NCBI RefSeq assembly: GCF_004010195.1
Contig: NC_057719.1
Location: forward strand, 36,157,842 to 36,200,196
Reading direction: 5' to 3'
Source: Chiloscyllium plagiosum
Lineage: Eukaryota
Length of the DNA: 42,355 nt
Under the pieces are notes generated by a model, which saw only the letters and a list, made by a program, of their open reading frames with translations, was not told the origin of the DNA and searched no databases. Position numbers and translations under genes: made by a program. Below are positions 12,515-23,854 of this stretch, in pieces. How positions within the stretch are numbered: position 1 is the first letter of the stretch; every line of letters starts with the position of its first letter.

Positions 12515-13406
12515 GAGTCATAGAGTTATAGAATTGTACAGCATGGAAACAGACTCTTTGGTCTAAATCATCTGCACCGACCAGGCATCCTAAACTTGTC
12601 TCGTACAATTTTCCTCTATCCCTCCAAACTCTTCCAACTCATCTTCCAACTCATCCAGATGTCTTTTAAATGTTGGAATTGTACCAGCCTCCACTACTTC
12701 CTCTGGCAGCTTGTTCCATGCATGCACCACCTTCTATGTGAAAAGGTTACCCCTCAGGTCCCTTTTAAATCTTTTCCCTCTCACCTTAAACCTATACCGC
12801 CTAGTTCTGGACTCACCCACCCAAAGAAAAATACCTTGGTTATTCACCCAATCCATGCCCCTCATGATTTTATAAACCTCTATAAGGTCACCTCTCAGCC
12901 TCCGATACTCTAAGGAAAATAGCCCCAGCCTGTTCAGCTTCTCCCTATAGCTCAAACTCTCCAATCCCAACGTCATCCTCATAAATCTTTTCTGAACTAT
13001 TTCAAGTTTAACAGCATCTTTCCTGTAGCAGAGAGACCAGAAATGGATAGGGTAAATAGGCAAAGTCTTTTCCCTGGGATTGGGGAGTCCAGAACTAGAG
13101 GGCATAGGTTTAAGGTGAGAGGGGAAAGATATAAAAAAGATCTAAGAGGCAGAGGGTGGTATGTGTATGGAATGAGCTGCCAGAGGATATGGTGGAGGCT
13201 GGTACAAATTGCAGCATTTCAAAGACTTTTGGATGGGTATATGACTGGGAAGGGTTTGGAGGGATATGTGCCAGGTGCTGGCAGGTGGGACTAGATTGGG
13301 TTGGGATATCTGGTCGGCATGGACAGGTTGGACCAAAGGGTCTGTTTCCATGCTGTACATCTCTATGACTCTAATTGAATTCAGTATTCCAAAAGTGGCC
13401 TAACCA
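12515..13406 (-). mobile_element. CR1 LINE 3' fragment interrupted by an antisense CR1
   Basis: ORF 12734-13105 FWSLCYRKD...LGLFSLEYRRLRGDLIEVYKIM. Continues at 13373-13406 (LVRPLLEY). Tail at 12515. Confidence 0.9.
13043..13372 (+). mobile_element. CR1 LINE 3' end, nested
   Basis: MDRVNRQSLFPGIGESRTRGHRFKVRG; ends CTCTATGACTCTA. Confidence 0.92.
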
Positions 13407-13960
13407 AAGTTAGTGCTTCCAAATGTATTTTCTGGGTGACGCCATTTTATTGTCTGACACTTTGGAGATTCTGTATTAATTTCTTTTGGGAGACGTGGTG
13501 GACCAGTGTCACATGGTGGTGTTTGACTGTTATCATTAGAGTATATGATTTTGGTTCAAAACAAGCCAAACCCTGAATGGCTGTATTCTTGAGCTTGAAT
13601 TATAAGCACTTCTAATTGTTGTTGGCAAGTGTTGCTAGCAAATAAAACTCAAGTGAAACTGCCAATTACGCTCATGGCTAAAAGCAAAATCTGAACATTT
13701 CTCAGGTTAACTGGGGCCAGGGCTGCATGGCGCAAGCAGAAGTTCATCTGTGGAATTGGCATTGATTATTTCTTTGTATATTGTTAGTCATTTTCTAAGC
13801 AGCAGCAGATACATGGGATCCATCTCACTAAATATCCTCGTCATTTTAAAATTATAAGCTCCCTGTGACATAAGTATATAAAAACTAGAACTATAGTTTC
13901 ACTTTTGTGACATAATTGAACTGTCAAATTTCCAACTCTGGTTGTCACCATTCCTGAAAG

Positions 13961-14238
13961 ATAGAACATAGAACATAGAAGAATACAGCGCAGTACAGGC
14001 CCTTCGGCCCTCGATGTTGCGCCGATCCAAGCCCACCTAACCTACACTAGCCCACTATCCTCCATATGCCTATCCAATGCTCGTTTAAGTGCCCATAAAG
14101 AGGGAGAGTCCACCACTGCTACTGGCAGGGCATTCTATGAACTCATGACTCGCTGAGTGAAGAACCAACCCCTAACATCTGTCCTATACCTACCCGCCCT
14201 GAATTTAAAGCTATGCCCCCTTGTAATAGCTGACTCCA
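13961..14238 (-). mobile_element. CR1 LINE 3' end, same subfamily as 39478-40026
   Basis: (ATAGAAC)n tail; close reverse complement of ~39753-40026. Confidence 0.92.
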
Positions 14239-14362
14239 ATCAATAGATTGATCACATGATGTCAGATGAAATAATAGCTGACCATGTGATGTCTGATTAT
14301 GTGACACATGATCATGACATCATGTTAAAAGGAAACAAAGCAGTCTCTTTTGCGTAGAGTAA

Positions 14363-14662
14363 GATCCCACAAACAAAAATTTGATGAATAACTTGTCAAT
14401 CAGTAGAAGAATGTAGAAAAAGGAACTGGAGAAATTCTTTCATTTACTTTAAAATACACCAATGTGATTTTTTTTACCATGCTGTCACATAATCAGACAG
14501 TTCTCCAGTTTCACGTCCTATCTGTGAGACAACAACTCCAACAAGGTAGCACACACTCACTGCTGGATAGGACTGTTTCCTGAATTAGGTCATGGAGTAG
14601 AATCCAAACCAGTGACCTTCCCAGACAGCTCAAGCTATGTATTCAGTCAGCTCAAGCTGACA
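14363..14662 (-). mobile_element. Old SINE, probably DeuSINE (SacSINE1-like)
   Basis: Degenerate resemblance from memory (GATCCCACAAACA ... GTTTCACGTCCTATCTGTGAGACA ... AGCTGACAC); not verified by search. Confidence 0.45.
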
Positions 14663-15011
14663 CCTTTAAGTAAAGTTTGTGGTCATGGTACTAATGTCAA
14701 GTTAGTCAGTTGAAAACTACTTTTGGGAGTAGAACCATTCTCTGAGAGTATTGACTCCTGGAGTTCCACTTTTTGTTTATACTACTCCTAAAAATAATGA
14801 GAAAATAGCACTTATTTCACCAAACATAAAATCCATAGGTTGTTGTGAATTTCTATGGTCTACTCAGAAATATACACATTGGCTAAGCAATGTTAGTTGC
14901 AGTATAATGGATTAATTTACAATATTGCACACAGAATCATAGAATGGTTATAGTATAGAAGAAGGCCATTTGACTTGGTGTTTCTATGTTGATTCTCTGC
15001 AAGAACAATTT

Positions 15012-15247
15012 CCTCAGGGCAAATCTTTTACACAGAGGGTGGTTTGCATAAGGAATGAACTTCCTGAGGAATTGTGGATGTGGGTACAATTACTACATTT
15101 AAAAAACATTTGGATGAGTACATGAATAGGAAAGAGGGGAGGGATACGGCCTGGAGCAGGCAGGTGGGACTAGTTTAGTTTGAGATTATGTTCAGTATGG
15201 ACTGGTTGGACCAAAGGGTTGTTTTCATGCTGTGTGACTCCATGATT
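15012..15247 (+). mobile_element. CR1 LINE 3' end
   Basis: TTTTACACAGAGGGTGG...GGAATGAACTTCCTGAGG...CATGCTGTGTGACTCCATGA, similar to 13043-13372. Confidence 0.85.
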
Positions 15248-15391
15248 ACACTTCTTCTTTATAGCCCTGGACATTCTTCCTTTACAGATCCTCCTTTGAA
15301 ATCTATGACTGAATCTGTTTCGACCATATTCTTCTTATGTATTTCAAATGTTAACCATTAAAAGATTTTTCCTTATTTTACCGTTACATTT

Positions 15392-15647
15392 GTGGGCGGC
15401 ATGGTGGCACAGTGGTTAGCACTGCTGCCTCTCAGCGCCAGAGACCCGGGTTCAATCTCCGGTTTCCTCCCACAGTCTAAAGATGTGCAGGTCAGGTGAA
15501 TTGGCCATGCTAAATTGCCCGTAGTGTTAGGGGTAAATGTAAGGGTATGGGTGGGTTACGCTTCGGCGGGTCGGTGTGGACTTGTTGGGCCGAAGGGCCT
15601 GTTTCCACACTGTAATGTAATGTAATGTAATGTAATCTAATCTAATC
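15392..15647 (+). mobile_element. HE1-type SINE with ~70-bp internal deletion
   Basis: Near-identical to 5445-5757 but jumps from GGTTCAAT to CTCCGGTTTCC; (TGTAA)n(TCTAA)n tail. Confidence 0.9.
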
Positions 15648-16183
15648 CTTTGCCAACCACTTTAAATTGGAGTCCACTGGATCTAAACCCTTCCACTAAA
15701 GTGAACAATTTCTTCCTAATAACTCTGCCAAGCCACATCATGATTTTGAATACCTCCAGCAAATCTCCTCTCAATCTTTGCTTTTCCAAGCAGAATTACC
15801 TCTGTGTCTCCAATTTATCCATTCATCCTTCAATGCCTTCACATCCTTATGAAACAGTGATGCTAGGGTTCTCCAGAACTCCAACACTCCAGTGGCGTAT
15901 GAGTGAGTTTTTATACAGTGTTATCAGAGCTTCCCTGTTTTTGTATTCTATTCTCCACTTTACAAAATTCTGGATCACATATGCTCTCTCCTACTGCTCC
16001 CTCTCCTTCACTGACTTGAACACAAATATCCCAGGTTTCTCTACTTCTGCATTACTTTTAGAATTGCATCCTTGATTTTATACTGTCTCTCTTTGCATCT
16101 CCTACCAATATGAATCACTTCATGCTCCGTGAGGCATTAAATCTCACCTCCCATTTCAGGAAGATGGTGGAGTATTGCTTTGA

Positions 16184-16319
16184 AAAGCGCAGCAGGTCAG
16201 GCAGCATAAGCCCGAAACGTCGATTCTCCTGTTCCTTTGATGCTGCCTGACCTGCTGCACTTTTCCAGCAACACATTTTTAAGCTCTGATCTCCAGCATC
16301 TGCAGTCCTCACTTTCTCC
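16184..16319 (+). mobile_element. Short palindromic PLE derivative with 14-bp TSD
   Basis: GAGTATTGCTTTGA at 16170-16183 and 16320-16333; retains GCCC-GAAA-C-GTC half of the hammerhead. Confidence 0.88.
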
Positions 16320-16349
16320 GAGTATTGCTTTGACAAACCTGACAAACGT

Positions 16350-16668
16350 TTTGGGGCATGGATTGAACCACTACCACAGCAGCTGGTGGAATTTAAATTC
16401 AATTCATAAAATTTGGAATTGGAAGCTAGTATTAGTAATGGTGACCATGAAACCATTGTCAATTGCCGTATAAGCCCATCTGGCTCACAAGTGACCCGTA
16501 GGGAAGGAAATCTACCATCTTTACCTGGTCTGGTTTACATGTGACTCCAACAGCAGTGAGGTTGATTCTTATTTGCCCTGAATAGCCAATATGAGAAATT
16601 AGAGATGGACAACAAATCCCAACCTTGCCAGTGATGCCCACACGCCATACAAGAATAGAGAAAAATAA
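16350..16668 (+). mobile_element. Old SINE-like interspersed repeat, family not assigned
   Basis: Recognised from memory as a common shark repeat (GGGAAGGAAATCT...TACCTGGTCTGG...GTGACTCCA...GCCAGTGATGCCCACA) with A-rich end. Confidence 0.5.
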
Positions 16669-17949
16669 TTGTCTGCCCATGTGGTCAAATTACCTATGTC
16701 CTTTGTCACTACACTCCTCACATTCACAATGCCTCCAAGTTTGTCTCCTCCACAAATTTTGAAATTGTGCCCTGTATGTCGATGTCCATATTATACATAA
16801 CATCCATCCCTGGCCTATTACATACCTCCTTTCAGTCTAGAAAAGACATCTGGTTACTGGTACTTTCTGTTTCTTGTTAAGTTGCAACAAAAGTAAATGA
16901 CAGATGGATAAGGAACAAGACGTTTTATTGTGAAGTTTATGAGATTATTATATTTGGGACAGTTTTGTTAAATTCGGGATAAGTGTAAGGAAAGTCGCCA
17001 CAGTCCCAGGGGACCATAAGACTGCTGTCTTATTAGAGAGAGATAACTGGTGTTGAGTGTAACCCAAGGGTCACTATGTCTCAAGTGAAAGGCAAGGTTG
17101 AGAAGGTTGAATCTTCATGATGACCTTTGTAGTGAAGGTGGGATAAATGACGATGTTGTGTGACCTGTTCTGTGATCTACTTAGTGTAACCCTGCATGCT
17201 TTCAATGTGGCATACGAAAAGAAGCTCAAAAAGACATTTTAAACTTTATTGGTCTCTGTAAAAATTGTATCAAGTAGACTACTGGATTATATAGTGGGTT
17301 AGCTGAAGACCATAACCTGTAGAATTCATTATCACATGATGCCTTTCAGGGAGAGACAATCACCAAAGATTCTACGTGCCCTCAACTTGATTCTAAGCAA
17401 TGCAAATGAAAAAATGAAATTAGTACAAACAAATCTGTGATGGATATAATTAATAATTCCATGTGGTCCTCAGAATTCATCCAATAAGTTAATAATTTTA
17501 GCATATTCGTACTTCAGGGTCATTAAGATGAATGCAACTTAAAAGATCCTGCTTAAAGTATCTAATAGGAAAGTAAATTGGACAAAGGTTATCTGGGATT
17601 TATCAAGTGCCTCCACTGAAGAAAACAAAACCACTAGAATTTCAACCACTAAGGTTAGGCTACTTATACTGATTGTGTAATGAAAATACCATTACAGAGA
17701 CCCATCTTAATTATACAAAATTGTAATTGTGGGACTCTGCTAAACTGGCCCTCATCAAAGTGCTCATGTGCTTCTCTTTAAGGGAGCAATACTGTTAAAA
17801 TCATGGGCCAACATAACTGGTCTTAACAATACAAAACAAACAAAAGTAGCAAAAGTAAAATCAAAGCAGAAAATCCAAGAGAAATTAAAACAAGAACTTT
17901 TGATCAGATTTGTTTCTTTATAAAAAGAGCCTCTTTAAAAAAAGAGCTC

Positions 17950-18863
17950 TCAGGATGGCAGCCGGTGACTAATGGTGTTCCATAAGGCTCAGTATTGGGA
18001 CCACAACCTTTCACTCTACAGAGGAATCTCGATTATCCAAAGAACGCAGATGGAGTACAATGTGGGAAAGTGTGAGGTCACGCACTTTGGTAGGAAGAAT
18101 AGAGGCATGGACTATTTTCTAAATGGGGAGAAAATTTAGAAGTTTGAAGTGCAAAGAGACTTGGGAATTCTATTTCAGGATTCTGTCAAGGTAAACTTGC
18201 AGGTTGAGTCAATAGTTAGGAATCCAAATGGAATGATGGCATTTATTTTGTGAGGACGTGAATATAAAAGCAGGTATGTACTTCTGAGGCTCCATAATCT
18301 CTGTATGTACCACATTTGGAGTATTGTGTGCATTGTTGGACCCCGTTTCTCAGGAAGGATCTACTGTCCCTGGAGCAGGTTGAGAAGAGGTTCACGAGAA
18401 TGGTCCCAGGAATGAAAAGCCTAACATATGAGGAATGTCTGAGAACTCTGGGTCTGTACTCGATGGAGTTTAGAAGGATGACAGGGGGATTGAATTGAAA
18501 CATACAGAATACTGAATGGCTGGACAGAGTAGATGTTGGGAAGATGTTTCCATTGGTAGGAAAGACTAGTACCCAAAGCCATAGCCTTAGAGTAAAGGGA
18601 AGATTTTTTAGAACGGAGATAAGGAGAAACATCGTCAATCAGAGAGTGGTGAATCTATGGAATTCATTGCCTCAGAAGGCTATGGAGGCCAGGTCATTGA
18701 GTATATTTAAGTCTGAGATAGTTTCTTGGGTATCAAGGGGATCAAGAGTTAAGGGGAGAAAGCGGGAGTATGGGGTTGAGAAACATTTTAGACATGATCG
18801 AATGGCTGAGCAGACTCAGTGGGCTGAATGGGCTAATTTCTGCTCCTTTGTCTTATGGTCTTG
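17950..18863 (+). mobile_element. CR1 LINE 3' fragment, degenerate and internally deleted
   Basis: EYCVHCWTPFLRKDLLSLEQVEKRFTRMVPG; FPLVGKTSTQSHSLRVKG...VNLWNSLPQKA; ends TCTTATGGTCTT. Confidence 0.9.
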
Positions 18864-18994
18864 ACATTAACAATCACTTGTCAGCACAGTACCTGAATAT
18901 TGTTGTAAAAGGGATTGTGAGGCTAACTTGTGATCATTTTATAGATACCATTCTTGCACTTGTCCTGAATGATGAAAAAGCTTCAACAGGATGT

Positions 18995-19322
18995 ACATGT
19001 ATTTGGAAAGGCAAGGACTGATTAGGAATAGTCAGCATAGCTTTGTGCATGGGAAACCATGTCTCATAAACTTGATAGATTTTTTTGAAAAAGTAACAAA
19101 GAGGATTTATGAGGGCAGAGCGGTAGTTGTGATCTAAATGGACTTCAGTAAGGCATTTGATAAGGTTCCCCATGGGAGACTGATTAGCAACGTTAGATCT
19201 CATGGAATACAGGGAGAACTAGCCATTTGGAATCAGAACTGGCTTAAAGCGGGTGGTGGTGGAGGGTTGTTTTACAGACTGGAGGCCTGTGACCAGTGAA
19301 GTGCCACGAGGATCGGTGCTGG
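18995..19322 (+). mobile_element. CR1 RT N-terminal fragment
   Basis: LIRNSQHSFVHGKPCLINLIDFFEKVT...DFSKAFDKVPHGRL...WRPVTSEVPRGSVLG. Confidence 0.92.
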
Positions 19323-19442
19323 GAAGCACCAACGCAGACACAAAACTGCCACTGCTGTGGAAACACATGTCAGGCAGCAGCAAATTGCTGCTGGAAAGAA
19401 GCTGTGTGCAGAAACTGCAGCATTAAAAAAGAAGATATTAAG

Positions 19443-19820
19443 CGAGAAGAAGTTTGAGAGGCAACTCAATTGAGATATACAAGACAATCAAAGGGTTAGA
19501 CAGGGTGGACAGCGACAGCCTGCCTCCCCGGACGGTGATGGCCGGCCTGAGGGGACCCAGCTCCACATTGAGGGGTGATAGGTACAGGACAGATGCCAGA
19601 GGCAGCCTCCCCACCCAGAGAACAGCAGGCGCACGGAACGCACTGCCCGCAACAGCAGTTGACCTGCCAACCTCAAGGGCATCCAAACGGTCATTGGATA
19701 GTCACATGGGCGAAAACAGAACAGTGCAGTCCAGAAGGGCCTCAGATTGGCCCGACAGGCCGGCGCAACACCAAGGGCTGAAGGGCCCCAACTGCGCTGC
19801 AATCTCCCATGTTCCACGTC
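19443..19820 (+). mobile_element. CR1 3' end with T-to-C hypermutation
   Basis: Colinear with 39660-40026; 12 T>C and 0 C>T in 66 aligned nt (19556-19621 vs 39775-39840). Confidence 0.9.
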
Positions 19821-19822
19821 GC

Positions 19823-19897
19823 AAAAGCACAGCAGTCCAGGCAGCATCCAAGGAGCAGGGGAATCGACGCTCCGAGCATGAGCCCTCCACCAGGAAC
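19823..19897 (-). mobile_element. PLE terminal repeat/hammerhead fragment with T-to-C hypermutation
   Basis: Colinear with 5758-5832; 6 T>C and 0 C>T. Confidence 0.85.
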
Positions 19898-20010
19898 CAG
19901 CAACCACACAAGTCACCTTCAAAAGTGAAAGCCACAACTGAGGCACCAGCAGCCAGCCACCCGAAAAGCACCAAAATGGTGAAACATGAGCCGAAGAAGC
20001 CAACAAGCAA

Positions 20011-20118
20011 GGGTGCTGGCAGGTTGGACTAGATTGGGTTGGTATATCTGGTCAGCATGGACGGGTTGGATCGAAGCGTCTGTTTCCATGCTGTACATCT
20101 CTATGACTCTATGACTGT
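20011..20118 (+). mobile_element. CR1 3' terminus, no T>C bias
   Basis: GGTGCTGGCAGGTTGGACTAGATTGGG...CTCTATGACTCTATGAC, as at 13274-13372. Confidence 0.9.
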
Positions 20119-21371
20119 ATAAGTTACCTATCTTTTCATCAACGTTGAATTGACGTCGTAAGAAGCGAGATTATGGATCATAGAGATATTTAATATGAGT
20201 TGATCATTTTAAGTGGACGTTGAGAATGAAATTAAGTGTCAGAGTTTGGGAAGGGCTTGATCGAGAATTTAAACGTCCTCTCAAAATAAACAATGTGAGG
20301 CACGCACATCAGTTAAATTTGATGGGTTGAGTGTCAGTGTGAATTGTGTTGGTAATTGAGCAGTTAACACTGTGGAGGAGGCATTCTGGGCAGATCCAAT
20401 ATCGGTTACTACATGTCCTAAAGGGGATTATCTTGCTCATCTTGGAGCTCAACCGATGTGCACTAGAGAAACAAAACAAAGTTGGCTGAGGGAGTGCCAA
20501 TGTATTTTACTAATGTCTTCAATGTTCACAGAGAAGATGTGTGTATTGTGACAGTGTCTGACATAACAATTGTGGATACACTCAGCAGCTGATAAACCAG
20601 AGCTATTGCAGAGGGACAACAAGGTGAAGGATCCCTCTGTGTGCTTGGCATTCTAATCATTCATTACTCTTATCACTTAATTATTCATACTCGGTCACGT
20701 TTTGATGCTTGACTGAGCATCTTTTGTTTTACAGTGTTATGCATTTGTTACTGGTTGTAGCATATCCTTCATTCTCTGATGAAGTCTCAGGTGCAATGGT
20801 AGTCAAGGTAAAGGAGAAAGATGTTATGTACTGTGGTGCACCATCAGGCACTCTTAGATGTGCAAATAGCACTTGAGGAATTCACACTACATTCAAACTT
20901 TAGATTGTGTCTTTCAGAGGTTATTGTATTAATGGTCCAAATCTAGAAGCATTCTACCTGAAATTGATCAGAGAGAAAAGAGTCAGAAATATACATATAG
21001 ACAAGGAAGAAACCATGGTCTCATTTGATGTAACGGCACTGTTCACGTCTAGTGACAAAGCCCTAGCCAGAGAAACAATAGCCAACCTGCTGAACAGACA
21101 TAACAGACAACAGGACGTTGAACCCATCAACAAAGACGGCATACTTAAACTACTGGACTTGTGCCTCACAACACACTTCACATTCAACAACCAGATATAC
21201 GAACAAATCAACGGAACACCCATGGGATCACCAATCGCGGGACTCATAGCAGAGGCAGTTATGCAAAGGTTAGAACAAACAGCCCTACCACAAATTCAAC
21301 CCAAACTCTGGGGCAGATATGTCGATGACACGTTTGTAATCATTAAAAACACAGAAATAGAAAAAACACAC

Positions 21372-21885
21372 NNNNNNNNNNNNNNNNNNNNNNNNNNNNN
21401 NNNNNNNNNNNNNNNNNNNNNNNNNNNNNNNNNNNNNNNNNNNNNNNNNNNNNNNNNNNNNNNNNNNNNNNNNNNNNNNNNNNNNNNNNNNNNNNNNNNN
21501 NNNNNNNNNNNNNNNNNNNNNNNNNNNNNNNNNNNNNNNNNNNNNNNNNNNNNNNNNNNNNNNNNNNNNNNNNNNNNNNNNNNNNNNNNNNNNNNNNNNN
21601 NNNNNNNNNNNNNNNNNNNNNNNNNNNNNNNNNNNNNNNNNNNNNNNNNNNNNNNNNNNNNNNNNNNNNNNNNNNNNNNNNNNNNNNNNNNNNNNNNNNN
21701 NNNNNNNNNNNNNNNNNNNNNNNNNNNNNNNNNNNNNNNNNNNNNNNNNNNNNNNNNNNNNNNNNNNNNNNNNNNNNNNNNNNNNNNNNNNNNNNNNNNN
21801 NNNNNNNNNNNNNNNNNNNNNNNNNNNNNNNNNNNNNNNNNNNNNNNNNNNNNNNNNNNNNNNNNNNNNNNNNNNNNNNNNNNNN
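21372..21885. other. Assembly gap (N run)
   Basis: Direct reading. Confidence 1.
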
Positions 21886-22027
21886 TCCATCAACAAACAC
21901 ATTGACCTGGACCCAATATACCGGCCACTACAGCGGACAGCTGAAACTGACAATCGGAAGCGGCAGGGACAGGCCACTATAAATGCCGGAGGAAACACCA
22001 CAGAAGATCTTCATAGGAGGCTCCCAA

Positions 22028-22067
22028 GCACTGAGGATGTCACCTAGACAGGGGATGAAACGTTTGC
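22028..22067 (+). ncRNA. Minimal type I hammerhead ribozyme motif in PLE 3' repeat
   Basis: GCA-CTGAGGA-T-GTCACCT-AGAC-AGGGGAT-GAAA-C-GTT-TGC: helix I GCA/TGC, helix II with one mismatch. Confidence 0.75.
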
Positions 22068-22494
22068 AACAAAAACTTCCAGCTCGGCGAACAGAACCAC
22101 AGCAACGAGCACCCGAGCTACAAATCTTCTCACAAATAGTTAGGTTGCGTACAGGGAAAGTAGTCAGGTGGTTTGTCGTGTAGTTGTTTCAGATTAGTTT
22201 CGGGGTGGTAGTTGGGTGGTTGGGTGTGTCCAGCTCAGGGATTAATCAGGTAGTTGGATGTGATAGTCAGGGTGGTAATTGAGTCATCAGAGCTGCAGCC
22301 AGCTAGTTGGGGAGGGTTGGATGATTGATGGTAGTCAAGTCAGTTAATAAGGAGGTGGTCAAGGGGTCAGGGAAAGTTACTGTTTGGGGGCTGGTGCTCA
22401 GTTGTGGGGATACTAAGGTGTTAAATCAGGTTTTAAACTGTCTAACATTTCCTGGGTTTCTGTCAAGGTAAGGGGTGTGGATCTAGCTTAAGTC

Positions 22495-22712
22495 TTTAAC
22501 TCCATCTCAATCTCCTGATTGGTCAATGGGAGGAATGAACCCGGTAGGTAGCAGGGAGGAGTGGAAGGGAGGGGGAGGGTCTGGAAAGGGAGTTAGGGGA
22601 TGGGAAGGGAGGTTATTTGAAATTGGAGAACTCAATGTTGAGTTTTCCAGGCTATAGGGTGCCCATACGGAAGATGAGGTGTTGTTCCTCCAATTTATGG
22701 TTTGGTTCGTTG
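22495..22712 (-). mobile_element. PLE GIY-YIG C-terminal fragment, inverted arm
   Basis: Diverged reverse complement of ~23030-23220 (KLEEQHLIF...LNIEFSNFK). Confidence 0.85.
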
Positions 22713-22719
22713 TCCCTCT

Positions 22720-22814
22720 AGGAGAAAGTGAGGACTGCAGATGCTGGAGATCAGAACTGAAAATGATTCTCCTGCTCCTTGGATGCTGCGCTTTTCCAGC
22801 AACACATTTTCAGC
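22720..22814. mobile_element. Short rearranged PLE terminal-repeat insertion with 14-bp TSD
   Basis: TTCGTTGTCCCTCT (22706-22719) and TTCATTGTCCCTCT (22815-22828). Confidence 0.8.
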
Positions 22815-22819
22815 TTCAT

Positions 22820-23440
22820 TGTCCCTCTTCCAACCTAGTTTACTACATTAGGTGCTCCCAATGTGGTCTTCTCTACATCAGCGAGACCAAATGTAAACTT
22901 AGGGAATGGTTTGCCGAGCATCTCAGATGGGCCCGTAGGGGCCGACTGGACTTCCTGGTCACCACCCATTTTAATTCCCCTTCCTACTGCCTTTTGAACA
23001 TGTCCATCTTTGGCCTCCTTCATTACCACAGCGAATCAGACAGCAAATTGGAGGAACAACACCTCATGTTCTGCCTGGCAGACTACACTGGGGGACTCAA
23101 CACTGAGTTCTCCAATTTCAAATAACCTCTCTTCCCACCCCCCAACTCCCTCCCCAGTCCCTCCCCCTCCCTTTCACTCCTCCCTGCCATCTACTGGATT
23201 CATTCCTCCCATTGACCAACCATGTCGTACTCTACCTGTCTTCACCTAACCCCACTTCACCACCCTGCCCCCACCAACCCTTTATTTGCAGCTTCCCCCC
23301 ACACCCATCCCCAGTCCTGAAGAAGAGTTACACTCGAAATATTAACTTCTCCACCTCCTGATGCTGCCTGGCTTGCTGTGTTCTTCCAGCCTCCTGCTTG
23401 TCCACTTTGGATCCCAGCATCTGCAGTTTTGCTGTCTCTA
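22820..23440 (+). mobile_element. PLE GIY-YIG endonuclease fragment plus terminal repeat
   Basis: SSNLVYYIRCSQCGLLYISETKCKLREWFAEHLR...LEEQHLMF...GLNTEFSNFK; hammerhead-like AGTC-CTGAAGA-A-GAGT-TAC-ACTC-GAAA-TATT-AACT at 23313-23347. Confidence 0.92.
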
Positions 23441-23854
23441 ACCATCTTTGCAACATCCGGGCATATTGCCAATTCACTTGAACCATGCTATTGCATGGTA
23501 GTGCTGCACATTGGGGCACACCAGAAATGAACATTGCAGTGCTGCTGTAAGGAACATATGTGTAGGGACTGGTTTCCAGCTCACAGATTGGACCAGGCTG
23601 TTTCTTAGGGCTACTTGCTTGCTCTCTTCGTGTTCACTTACCTTAAACCTACCTGGATGACGTCAGCATCCCTGCCTTGCCTTTTTGGGCTTTGTTCCTT
23701 GCCTTGCTGTTTAGCACAGTTGAAAAGCCAGGAGGCTTCTTATGGTGTCAGCAGTTCTCACTCAAGCCATGGAAGATCCCAGGGCATTCAAAGGATCCTA
23801 ACACAGTAATTTCAAGGCAGATTTTTGGCACCAGTCCAGAGGCTTGGATACAGT

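Larger units (their letters stand above)
14935..16130 (-). mobile_element. Highly decayed CR1 3' region hosting younger CR1 and HE1 insertions
   Basis: AATCATAGAATGGTT tail at 14935 and degenerate antisense RT C-terminal sequence at 15650-16130. Confidence 0.5.
20979..22137 (+). mobile_element. Penelope-like retroelement, 5' truncated: RT, gap, end of ORF and terminal repeat
   Basis: MVSFDVTALFTS...YEQINGTPMGSPIAGLIAEAVM...WGRYVDDTF before the gap; SINKHIDLDPIYRPL after it; hammerhead at 22028. Confidence 0.92.

Noticed and set aside
19438..20032. Five overlapping ORFs up to 192 aa as a novel gene
   Set aside because: The sequence is mutated CR1 plus PLE; the skewed base composition removes stop codons
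21285..22001. Long ORFs spanning the first N run
   Set aside because: Artefacts of translating the gap; only the PLE RT part is real
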